Origin: Macrostomum lignano
Taxonomy: Eukaryota
Reading direction: 5' to 3'
Assembly (NCBI GenBank): GCA_002269645.1
Contig: NIVC01001035.1
Span: 214,434 to 278,433, forward strand
Length of the DNA stretch: 64,000 nt
Positions 37,474 through 48,429 of the stretch are shown piece after piece. The notes under the pieces are model-generated. The model was not told the origin of the DNA, made no database searches, and saw nothing but the letters and a program-made list of their open reading frames with translations. The translations under genes were made by a program, and so were the position numbers. Within the stretch, counting starts at the first letter, position 1. Each line of letters opens with the position of its first letter.

Positions 37474-39011
37474 GAATTTTAAGGGCTCCACAGTCCGCGT
37501 GTATCGCTGCACCTGCAGCACAACGACTCGAGCTCGGGTCGTGTTGGACTGCCTGCAGCGGGTCGGTGAGTCCGGCTACAGCGCCCTCACTAACAACTGC
37601 GAGCACTTCGTTCGCCGGATCATCACAGGCGAGAATGTCAGCTACCAGGCCTTCTGGACGGTGGCGATGCCAGTTGTGCAGCTGCCCCGTCTGCTAATGG
37701 GAGGCCTGCTAAACGGAACCGCATCATCGATTTCTTCCGTCAGCAGTCGATGCGGATCGGGAAATCTGTCTGGCAGTCGGTGAGTTGCAAATCTCCTAGT
37801 AGCGAAAATACTTCAAATGAAAGATGTGCCACATTTTTTCCGTCCATTATCTTAAATATGAAGCTCCAATGATTGAAAAGTATTTTTACTTGTTCATGAG
37901 CGCACTACAGCATTTATTCATTGAGGACAGTTTGACTGACAAACTAGGCACTGAATGGTGCCTTCAACCTCTTCTCTGCATGAACATTGCTATCCATAAA
38001 AAATACTCGTCAAGCCTACTCATAGGGTGAAATCAAGTAAGTAGTAAAATAGTATTGGGTGACGGCTTGACTTACTTGACTTAGCTGCAGGGCGGTCCGA
38101 AGACGCAGCGGGGAGGCGAGCGTCGCCCATTCCGCTAATCCCTGAAAGACCCGCATAGGCTAGGGCGCGGGGCCGGTCAGGGAGGTCTGCCGGTCCTGTC
38201 TGCAGCGTAGTTTTTGGTGGGGAAGACGGAGGCTCGTTTGGTGGCCCGGCGGAACCGGATGAGCCGTGGGATGTTCTCGGGCCGGCAAGCGTCGTCCAGG
38301 GACGGGTTGGGCCCGAGGTGGTTGAGCCGGTCTCGGTTGAAGGCCGGGCAGTAGCAGACGAAATGCTTTGCGTCTTCGTTCTTGAGGTTGCAGAAAGGGC
38401 AGAGTTTGCTCTGGCGGACGCATCGGAGGAAGCAGTACCTGTCAAAGCAACCGTGACATGTGAAGGCCAATCGACTGCTGGCATAACTGCTTTTGTTTCC
38501 ATAACTACTCGTCTACATTGTTACTTAAACAAAACTAGATTTTTTATAGTCCTAACTTACTACTGACTAATCTTAAACCCCGAAAGTAGTTCTATAGCTT
38601 TTTAACTTCACCAAGATGTTTGACTGCACCCGCAGAAAAATCGGCCTGATCGATCCTCTGCTGAATGTTTTGGAAATCTCACTTCATAATGGCGGCCTTT
38701 CCGTCGGCGTATCAAAGAATCCCGACCGATGCACCAGGGAGTTCACCGGCTACAGAGGTCGGGCACAACAGGAGCTGCACCACTGCTACAGCTGCCGGAT
38801 TGTTGACGACCAGTACCTGTGCAGGAGGTGCGTGCGCAAGTGCCACGCTGACTGCAACACCCACCGCGTGGCTGGCGACACAAAAGGCGCCTGCAGCTGC
38901 ACCCATCGACCTGCGACTCGTCAGCGGCGGTCTGGCAGATCCGACGTCGTGAGAGGCTTCTTTGATGACGGGCACATTCTGGAGACTGGCGACACATGCC
39001 GGACGCAGTAG
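37086..39011 (+). CDS. LRAT + UBR-box-like protein, copy 10 (310 aa), with an extra intron
   Basis: Exons 37086-37346, 37484-37779, 38636-39011 (933 nt in frame). NNCEHF; exon CTREFTG..QELHHCYSC..LCRRC..CHADC..ACSC. Confidence 0.85.
37347..37483 (+). repeat. (TATC)n microsatellite forming nearly all of a 137-nt GT-AG intron
   Basis: CAG|gtgaatatgc(tatc)n tgaattttaag|GGC; removal restores VVQ-GSTVRVY, colinear with the paralogs. Confidence 0.8.
38066..38470 (-). mobile_element. Second 5'-truncated copy of the same LINE family as 2717-3199
   Basis: Roughly 80% similar by eye to the 2717 copy, with the same zinc knuckle (CPFC..EDAKHFVCYCP) and tail but a different truncation point; TSD not evident. 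Confidence 0.8.
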
Positions 39012-40759
39012 ATCTGCACTTAAAGTTCATGTACTCTAAAGAACATGTGATCTAGTAACTGACTAGGCTTTGGCTTTTACAGTATTTCCTTTGCCAATGA
39101 CAGTAAAAACCGAACCGGAAGTTGAAAGCCTAAAAAATAAAGATAGGTTGGGCCATTGGCAGCGCGCAAATTCAGAAAACTTAGAATTTAATTGTGACAA
39201 AACCCTTTCATGCAGTCATAAATTACAAGCAGCCAAATTTGTAGGTTCGCTTGTCTCTTAGTGGAGTTTCTCAGTAAGACATTTGCATGCTGTCCATGGC
39301 CCAGTCTATCTTAATTCTATATACCGTAGATCATGGATGAAGAAAGCGTCTGATCCCACTTGTACTTGTAGTTGGATTAAAAGTTCCCGTCACCTTAGCT
39401 CCTTTCAGTGCCTAGCGCAGAAAATAGCGTCTATACGTTCCAGGAACTCAATTCAAACCAGCGGGCCTTCAAATAATTTTGCAATATTTACGAGTGTTGC
39501 GTCCTGATACAACGGTAACTTCTAGTGGTCCTTGGCTTATCAATGTTATTCAATGCTTATCAATTCACAGGATTGTTGATATTAGTCGATAAGAGTTATT
39601 TAAGATTGCAAAACTGAAAATTTTCCGGGTTTTTAATTGCTTGCTTGCCGGTTTTCATTTGCTGTTTTGAACGAAAAGCTTGATAAAATCTCGGATAAAA
39701 ACGCATAGTTGTTTCAGTTTCAATTCAGAAGTCCAGAAGGCTACATTTTGGGGGAATTTAATATCGAAAACCGGATAATTCCTGTCTCAAAACAGTTAAA
39801 CTTCGAGGAAGTGTAGCGGCCTTCATGTCGCTCATATCTTACTTGTATCTATAAATGTATGCCTACTTGACACTATATAAAGCTATATGTATATCAAAGC
39901 TATTAATAAACTTATAGTACTATCAAGCAAATTTTATGTAATACATTACGTGTGCTTTCAATATTTCCTTGATTTTGTTTTTTGACCGTGTTGATAGCAC
40001 TAATTCCGTGCTGTCATACTCGACTAGGCCTTCAGAGCATGCAGCCATTAGAGCACACGAAGAAGGCCTGGGCTCTACCGTGTTCTCTGAGACTCCATGT
40101 CTGCATGCAGATGCAGGCACCACGTCACGATAAAGCGAGCATGTGGCATATAAAAGAACAGTGCTTGCACAAGTACACTGATCGCGAACTCCTGGGAAGA
40201 ATGACAGTTACACTGTAGGTTGCGACCGCCGTTATCTTAAGAACAATCAAAATTGCACCAACTTTCCGCACTCGTCTTTACATGTACCTGTGTTAGTAAA
40301 GGTTTGCTCTCGCTTACCGTATATTGAACCCAGAAGCTGTGAAGCTGTGCCACAGAAGCTGTGAAGTGCAAGTACAGTGGCAAGTTGTTCGTATTTAGTT
40401 TTTAATCAATCAAGCTGCAGATATGTCATCCAGACTACTGTTTAACTGCACTCTCAAAGTCTGTTGCGACCTTTTATAATTGTTTGCTTTACATATACTA
40501 GAAAAGCATTTTTTGCAACATTATCGAGCGAATCTGTTAGATGGTAAAAAAATGCGAACAAAAGGCCTCCGCACGCATTTTGCTTTACCTCACGAACTAC
40601 GAACGTACTGCAACGAATTGCTACTGTACGTGTTACAGACAACTACTGGTTCTCTATTACCGGAATAAGGACCATGCTACTAAAAGGCTCACTGCTTCAG
40701 AAATCCTGTTTGTTAAATAGTCACTGCCTCTCGCTGCTTAGATTTAGTCATTGCCAGGA

Positions 40760-42334
40760 ATGTGCGTAGGATACACCAACGGCTACGAAGATTTCGAATC
40801 GTGGCGTCTGGACGCCGCCCTGAAGGCGATGGTGCCGGGCTCAGCGGTGGCCTTCGACAGACGGGCCCTGTATCATTTCGCTATTTTCCTGGGCTGGGCC
40901 TGGCCGTTAGGCGACGGCGCAAAACCGCTGCCGTTGCTTTGTCACCTGTCCGGCAGCCCTGACACGAAGCCTCGAGCTTCTGTCCGGTTGGAGGACGTCC
41001 GCGACGTCGCCCAAGGCTGCACGGTGCGAGTTTACCGATGCCACTGCGACGCAGCTAAGCGAGCTCTGGTGGTCAATGAGTGCCTGGCTCGAATTGGCGA
41101 GACAGGATATAATCTGGTCACCAATAACTGCGAACACTTTGTGAGATCGCTGATCCATGGCCAGAGAGTGAGCTACCAGACCAGGTGGACGCTGGCGTTG
41201 CCGGTGTTGCAGCTGCCGCGGTTGGCGATCGGCTTGTCGACCGTTGTGAGAACGGTGCTGACGGCCAGGGATCATCGACGACTGCAGGACGACATGTGAG
41301 AGTTATGCTTTATAGACAACTGAAGTAGCTGGAGGCTGATTTTCATGGCAAATACTCGTAAAATGTCTCATTTTCTGAACTTAAAAAATAAAACAATCAT
41401 GTTTTGTTTGAGATAGCCACATCGTTAACCTGCTTAAAACCAAAAGCTTCGAGCATAATCTCGTGGGGAAAATTTTGTACCAAGATTCGGAATCAAGCGA
41501 AAAAAGAACGACCTTGATCTACTTTAATTGTCCGGTGATTTGTTCAATAATCAGAAAACAGGAATTGTCAATAGTCAGTAATGGCCATTTGTATTATTGG
41601 TACGTTCTTAGTTACTCTACACTTCGTAGTATGTAGTCAGGTATCCCGAAACAAGTTAATTTTTTGTTATAGGTCTTTCTGAATTATGAAGACCCTTTTA
41701 AAGTGTCTTAAACACAGAAATACTGTAGATCCTGTTCACCTGTGTATCTCTTCCGCTAAGTTTTGCTCCTTTGCTCCTATAATGATAGCGTTTGGTCTCT
41801 ACGAATCAATGGCTCCGTGAGCACACATAAATGTAGGTTGAACTAGGTTTAACCTAGGTTCGTGGTCAAAGAACAGTTCGATTCTGTGGACTAGAATGAG
41901 CACGAAGATGAGAAAGTCGGGAACGCTGTGCACTCTGAGTGAGAGTGTGCCTGTATCCGAGTCCCTGTGTAATCAGCTATAATAAAATAATGGGTCAATA
42001 AAATATTATGCTTGATTCGCCCGTTTAAAAATACTCAAAATTTCTTCTCCAATTCAGCTACTTGGGCCTGATCGACCCGGAGTCTCAGCTGCTGATGATC
42101 AAGCCGACACGCGGAGGTTTAAACGTCACGGTTCAGCTCGCCACCTGTTGCACCCGCATGTTCACCGGAGCCAACGCGCAAGCCGCCCAGCAGCTGCACC
42201 ACTGCATCACCTGCCGGCTGATATGGGCGTCTGCCATTTGCGAAAACTGCGTCAAAACGTGTCATAAAAGTTGCGAGACACGACGACTTGAAACTCGAAT
42301 GGCTGGATTCTGCCAGTGCCACTGCTGTCTGTAG
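40760..42334 (+). CDS. LRAT + UBR-box-like protein, copy 11 (270 aa)
   Basis: Exons 40760-41295 and 42058-42334 (AT|GTGAGA...attcag|C), 813 nt in frame. NNCEHF; CTRMFTG..QQLHHCITC..AICENC..CHKSC..GFCQC. Confidence 0.85.
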
Positions 42335-42499
42335 CTGCGTGACAAGCTGCCTTCCCACTAGAAGAATTACAATGTTTTTTTCCGGGTTGTGACTTCTATA
42401 CGGCTCGTACTTTCTTTGATCTACATGTAATATTTTTGAATAATCAATGCGTTTTGCCTCGCATTTCAGTGAGCAACGAATTTCTGTGCAGCGATAACC

Positions 42500-43066
42500 A
42501 AAGTAAACAAAGTAAACAAAGTAAACAAAGTAAACAAAGTAAACAAAGTAAACAAAGTAAACAAAGTAAACAAAGTAAACAAAGTAAACAAAGTAAACAA
42601 AGTAAACAAAGTAAACAAAGTAAACAAAGTAAACAAAGTAAACAAAGTAAACAAAGTAAACAAAGTAAACAAAGTAAACAAAGTAAACAAAGTAAACAAA
42701 GTAAACAAAGTAAACAAAGTAAACAAAGTAAACAAAGTAAACAAAGTAAACAAAGTAAACAAAGTAAACAAAGTAAACAAAGTAAACAAAGTAAACAAAG
42801 TAAACAAAGTAAACAAAGTAAACAAAGTAAACAAAGTAAACAAAGTAAACAAAGTAAACAAAGTAAACAAAGTAAACAAAGTAAACAAAGTAAACAAAGT
42901 AAACAAAGTAAACAAAGTAAACAAAGTAAACAAAGTAAACAAAGTAAACAAAGTAAACAAAGTAAACAAAGTAAACAAAGTAAACAAAGTAAACAAAGTA
43001 AACAAAGTAAACAAAGTAAACAAAGTAAACAAAGTAAACAAAGTAAACAAAGTAAACAAGGTAAAC
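42500..43066. repeat. Homogeneous 9-bp tandem repeat (AAAGTAAAC)n, about 63 units
   Basis: Directly visible; explains the SKQ and FTL ORFs. Confidence 0.97.
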
Positions 43067-43087
43067 GTTGCTTGAGAATCGATCGAA

Positions 43088-43496
43088 GTTGCTTGCCTAG
43101 TGGTTAGAGTGTCGGATTCATGACTTGAAGGTCGGGGGTTCGATTCTCGACCCACTGGGAACAATTTGTGTCATTGAGCAAGACACGTAACTCTGCATTG
43201 CTTCAGTTCACCCAGCTGTAAAATGGGTGCCAGCATTAGCTGGGGTAATTGAGAGTGTGTGTGGTGACCCCCCAGTCCTTGGACTGAACAGCCGTACTTA
43301 GCCTTCAGATGCGCCGCGCAATAGCTGCGGCTGAGCTGTCGGTTGCACATCTGGCCATTAGGGCAGGTGTAATCAATTGTTACTATCATTATTATTATTA
43401 CTATTACTATTACTATTATTATTTTTTTTCTTTTATTATTATTACTATTATTATTATTCTTTTATTATTATTTTTTATTATTATTATTATTATAAT
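43088..43496 (+). mobile_element. tRNA-derived SINE with expanded (TAT)n tail
   Basis: Same family body, B-box GGTTCGATTC; the tail (43380-43496) ends right at the stop codon of the antisense fibrinogen-domain gene. Confidence 0.85.
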
Positions 43497-43498
43497 CA

Positions 43499-44170
43499 TT
43501 ACAGAAGCAGCATCTTGAACTCCTTCAGCGAGCAGTAGTAGCCAAAGTTGTTCTTCCAAATGACTCCCTCTGCATGAGCACCTCCGATGGCGGCAGATGA
43601 GCCTTTGTACTCTCCGTTCGGGTGGGTGCAGTGACAGCTGTTGAACCACCAGGCACCTTTATACAGTTCTGAGCGCAGTTCTGAGTGTAGGTGTCGTGAT
43701 CGGTGTCCTTCGTGGTGAACTGCATTCCGTTGCTGAAGGAAGGCGAGGCAGTCGCCGATGCCGCCGCTGCCGGAGAAGCCGGACACGCTCAGCCGGTAGT
43801 TGTCCGACTCGGGACCCACGGAGAAGTTGGAGTACTCAGCCCAGTGCTCAGAGTCGTTCCACGCCTTCATCAGGATCCTCAGCTTCCGAGGACCAGAAGC
43901 AGTGAGAGCGTGGAGAGAGTTCAGGCCTGCGAAGATGCGGACGTCATGGCGGTGTTTGTCATTGAAGTCCGAGTTGGAAAAGGAAGCGAATGGAGCAGAT
44001 CTGGGATGCACTCACCGATCCAGTAGTTTCCGTCGGGTCCCTCGCCGAACTCGCTCTGGTACTGAGTCCAGTCGCGGTAAAAGTCCACTGAGCCGGGCAC
44101 CCTGCGCTGCACGGTGGTCCAGCAGTCACTGCCGGATGTCTGCAAGGTGACACAGGTGTGACTCACCCAC
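43499..44170 (-). CDS. Fibrinogen C-terminal domain (FReD) protein, 3' exons; internal compensating frameshifts
   Basis: WTTVQRRVPGSVDFYRDW..Y..EFG..GNYWIG|GLNSLHALT..LRI..AEYSNFSVGPESDNYRL..GAWWFNSCH..NG. Intron 43927-44015 (G|GTGAGT...cgcag|). The MQFTTKDTDHD..NC segment is in another frame. 5' end unresolved. Confidence 0.8.
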
Positions 44171-44689
44171 ACTGGCTGAGCTCCCCTGCTGGCATTGCGG
44201 CACTTCCTGGAGTGGCTCAGGCCCAGGCGACACCTGAAGTGAGCGCACAGGCCGGAGCTGGTGTTGAACGCACCAGCTGCCCAGGGGAGTCGCTGCTGGC
44301 AGCGATAATGCAGTCGACCTCATCCTGAACCAGTGCGACCTCACGGTCTCGTAGTCGGAGAGGTTCTCGAGACCCCGCCACCATGGTCTTCCGGAGGAAG
44401 AAGTGGCTTCGGTCACGTGATGCGGGACTGCAGCGAGCAGTAGCAGCAGCAAAGCTACTCGACGGGCAGGTTGGAGCTGCATTTCCTCTGAACATAGAAT
44501 AGCGGGGTGAGAGCTGCCACTTCACTGTGGATTTCATCTGCTGATCCTTCAGTCCCACCTTCCTGCGATTGGCTCTTCTGACTTTGATTACGAGCTATTG
44601 TCAGAATTGTTTAAAAACGGACATTATAAATATTTTAGATAACTTAAACTGTGGATATTTGAAACAGAGTGAAGAGTTGGAGAGGGTCG

Positions 44690-45165
44690 AGGGAGAACGG
44701 AGGGAGAGCGCAGAGGGAGAGGGCGGATGTAGAGGGTGGATGGAGAGGGCAGAGGGAGAGGGCGTAGAAAGAGAGAGGAGAGAGAAGGCAGATGGAGAGA
44801 GTGGAGGGAGAGAGCGGACGGAGAGGGCGGAGGGAGAGGAGGGAGAGAGCGGAGGGAGAGGGCGGAGGGAGAGGGCGGAGGGAGAGGAGAGAGGGCGGAG
44901 GGAGAGGAGAGAGGGCGGAGGGAGAGGAGAGAGGGCGGAGGGAGAGGGCGCAGGGAAAGGAGGAAGATGGCGGAGGGAGAGGGCAGAGGGAGAGGGCGGA
45001 GGGAGAGGGCGGAGGGAGAGGGCGGAGGGAAAGGAGGGAGAGGGCGAAGGGAAAGGAGGGAGAGGGCGAAGGGAAAGGAGGGAGAGAGCGGAGGGAGATG
45101 GCGGAGGGAGAGGGCGGAGGGAGAGGGCGGAGGGAAAGGAGGGAGAGACCGGAGGGAGAGGAGAA
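44690..45165. repeat. Polypurine (GGAGAG/GGCGGAGGGAGA) low-complexity repeat
   Basis: Directly visible; produces spurious RE/GE-rich and PS-rich ORFs. Confidence 0.9.
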
Positions 45166-46665
45166 TTTGAATTTGAAAAATTCAGTCCGCAGTCACCCAG
45201 CAGGCAGAATCTGAAGGCCAATATAAAAGCCCCGAGTCAGATAACATACAATCGCTTCGGTTGCCATGGCAGCAAGGCATCTCTAGCTTGCAACAGAAAA
45301 TCCTTCTTTCAGAAAGAGTAAGAGATGGGCCTTGAAAATAAATGCAGCTCATTGATTTTTGGGTTCGAAAGCGTTTGGGCTGTCTTTGATAGACTTGCGG
45401 TTGATGGTGGCAGATGACTGCCAGAGCCGCTCGCTGCAACTGCAGATGCTCTCAGCAGATGCCTGCGGGTCCCACAGCAGCTCCCCGTGAACTCTGCATG
45501 CAGACTGTGGGATCGCAGTCCTCGGAAACAGGTGTACCTTGATAAAAAGAACTTGGATAAGAAGCCACTTTAAATTTCAAATGTTACTTTAAACATTCAA
45601 ATGTTTGATAGTTACAATGCAATATTTTTGTCTTTTAAACAAAAGCATCCTGATAAAAAAAGCTCACTTATACATGTAGCTCACATGGAGCAAAGTGTTT
45701 TGCTGCCGCTTACTGCCCACACACAGACCAATTAGGCCACTGCACCAAGTAGTTTTTTATCTAAAAGGTGCAATTGCATACGCATGCTACTACCACTGCT
45801 ACTACTGAACTAATCTACTGCTCCACCAATACAAACCAAAGTTGATATCGTCAGCACTAGCACTATAGTCAAGACTCGAGCGGACTGCCGATGGCTCTGC
45901 CCCGGCGACTACCTTAGTACTTAACTTTAAGTATTAAACTACTAGTATTAAGCTACTTAAGCTACGTAGCTTAACTTCATTGATTATTATAGAGCACAAA
46001 CTTCCAACACGATGGCTTCGCGAGAAGTCACAAGCGTGACAAACATTAGGCAGCAGCAGCGATATAACCACGGACTATCAAGCGTATGGCGTAGATGATG
46101 GCGTAGCATCCTGGTGCTGAGACATCGACGCTACTTGTATGCGGATGTTGCAGCACTCGAGCCGACTCGAGAATGCTTGAAAAAGCACGTGATTCCCAAA
46201 TAACAATGTCCATAATAATCGACTATACCAATGCTATGACCAGCCCACACTGATCGAAAAGTGACGCTCATGCAGAAGATTTTAACAACCACAGGAAAGC
46301 AATTGAGGCAATTTAATGCCCTCACTTTTGCGGCTCTGTTCATTCAACTGAAAAATAATAATTAAAGGAGACGAATTCCGGAATGTCAATTATTTGATTG
46401 AGAGAGCAAAGCGTTTAAATGATCGCAAACGGGTATCGTGCTTGATTACGATATTGAATCACTTGATGCTGTGGAAGAGCCACATCCACTGATAGGCGAT
46501 CACCCAATATTTTTGCACAAATGCTTTTGCAATTTATTCAAAAGGAAAAAATGCGCGTGACCCCAGATCCCCCTTGGCCGCACGCGATCTGCGCAGGAAA
46601 TAAATACACATCGAGGTGAACCGGCCGATCTCACATCGCCGGGATCCCATCAAGACGCCTTTGAA

Positions 46666-47769
46666 ATGTCGAACGATACGATTGACAAGCCGCGGAAGTT
46701 CATCGATAGCCTGCAGTTTCTGTTTATCGACTGCTGGAGCAATGCTCCTGAGGCTGTCTCGTTCTGCAGGATCAACACCGTGCTGGGATTCCTGTCCGGA
46801 ATCATTCTCCCAATCTTCTTGGTAGGCGGATTCGTCGGGAACAGTCTTACTACTTATATCTACCTGAAGAAGCTGCGGCCTCTGACGCGTCAAGGTGTGT
46901 ACTTCAGTGTCATCGCCATCTCTGACAATTTCCACCTCTTCATTGTTGGATTAATGTGGATGTTCTTGGCCAAGGGTCTGCCTTGGGTCAGCGGCGCTAG
47001 AATTGGTTTCTTTCATGTGAACGCGTCCGATGCTGCCTGTACCATTGTGCGCCATCTTGAAGCACTGTTCAGCGTCAGCTCCAGCGTTCTGTTCCTTGTG
47101 ATGGTGGTTGACAGGTGTCTGACAGTGTATTTCCCGTTGAAGTTCCAGACGGTATCGGCGAAGACTTCGATGAAGGTGTGTCTCTTTGCTGCCATCCTCA
47201 GCGCGGCTCTGGCTGCTCCCTACGGCTCGCAGTTTCGTTGGGTTATTTGGGGCGACTCGACTGTTTGCTTCTTTTCCCTTGAAGGCTGGCAGTACACGGT
47301 GTTTTACACCTATGTAAGCCTTTTTGTTCTCCCAGCGGCTGTTGAGTTCTTCATAATTTTGATAGCAAATGGATTCCTCATTTGCAAGATGAGGGATATT
47401 GTGGCTGAGCAGGCTAAGATTCGAGCGGGATCAGGTGAGAACAAGCTCACCAACACCATTATTTGTGTGGCCCTGTCCGCTGTGCTGCTTGTCTGCTCGA
47501 TACCAACTGTCTTGGGCAACCTCATCAACATGACACTGACAATCATTGGCGCAGAGACTTCCATTGCCTTCCAGAAGATGCTTTGGGGCATTGTCGATAT
47601 CGGAAGAGTTCTTGTGCTGTTCAATCAGTCGGTGAACTGGATTGTTCTGCTGTGGAAGAGCCGTCAATTTCGTCGGGCATTCCGTGAGATCTTTGGCTGC
47701 AGCAGCAGATCAGCTCGAGGCCTCGAAGCTGCCAACCCAAACGCTGCGCCCCGGGGCCAGAGTCCGTGA
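46666..47769 (+). CDS. Intronless class A (rhodopsin-like) GPCR, peptide-receptor-like
   Basis: Seven hydrophobic segments; GFVGNSLT (TM1 GN), IAISD (TM2), VDRCLTVYFP (DRY-like), CSIP (TM6), NQSVNW (TM7 variant), FRRAF helix 8. Confidence 0.9.
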   Translation: MSNDTIDKPRKFIDSLQFLFIDCWSNAPEAVSFCRINTVLGFLSGIILPIFLVGGFVGNSLTTYIYLKKLRPLTRQGVYFSVIAISDNFHLFIVGLMWMFLAKGLPWVSGARIGFFHVNASDAACTIVRHLEALFSVSSSVLFLVMVVDRCLTVYFPLKFQTVSAKTSMKVCLFAAILSAALAAPYGSQFRWVIWGDSTVCFFSLEGWQYTVFYTYVSLFVLPAAVEFFIILIANGFLICKMRDIVAEQAKIRAGSGENKLTNTIICVALSAVLLVCSIPTVLGNLINMTLTIIGAETSIAFQKMLWGIVDIGRVLVLFNQSVNWIVLLWKSRQFRRAFREIFGCSSRSARGLEAANPNAAPRGQSP

Positions 47770-48429
47770 TTTCGTCCGGGATTTGGCTGACATCTACGTC
47801 AATTCGAAATGAATAATGACTAAATTCGTATGCAACGTTACGGAACTATAACGCCAACGCTGCAACGCTACGCAAAAAAACTTAATATTCTAGGAGTCTT
47901 GAAGACAGCATATTACAGTGACAACTCGATTGTTAACCAATTTAATATGAAAAATAAATAAATATTAACCGGATACTTCTGCAACCCACTTTTAATGACT
48001 TCTCGATTTTTTAATTAATTTTAGAGAAGTTTGACTCATAAAGCTGTGGAACCTCTTATCGTATATACTTAAAATTAGGCAACTAAGAACAATGTGAGTG
48101 CAGTTTACTTTTCACTCTACTACTCACCGATACTACTGGATCGGTGAATCTATAAGATCAGTTAGAATTAACCATTCGTTGAGAATCGTTGTATATAAGG
48201 TCTTGACGCTATTAATTATTTCACTAGAAGTGGCCCAAAGACACTTCTGAGCCTGATGAAGCTGTTAAACGGTATGGAGAGCTGTGCTGAGTACTCCAGC
48301 TTCTCCGTAGGTCCTGTGTCCGACAGCTACAGGCTACAGGAACTTTCCTACAGGAACCGTCGATGGTCCGTTCGTTTAGGATCTGATCTAGATTTCGAAT
48401 TTTTGTAAAAATGATTGTTTATTGGCAAA

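Noticed and set aside
1800-41275. Antisense and alternate-frame ORFs overlapping the LRAT exons
   Set aside because: Shadow ORFs of GC-rich coding sequence; their lengths and stops are not conserved among paralogs.
3178-42334. Cys-rich ORFs as stand-alone small genes with their ORF-track starts
   Set aside because: Their 5' ends are non-conserved intron sequence; similarity starts exactly at a shared AG acceptor in phase with the upstream LRAT exon.
42436-43164. SKQ- and FTL-repeat ORFs
   Set aside because: Stop-free frames of a 9-bp satellite.
44569-45321. RE/GE-rich and PS-rich ORFs
   Set aside because: Polypurine low-complexity repeat with no domain signal.
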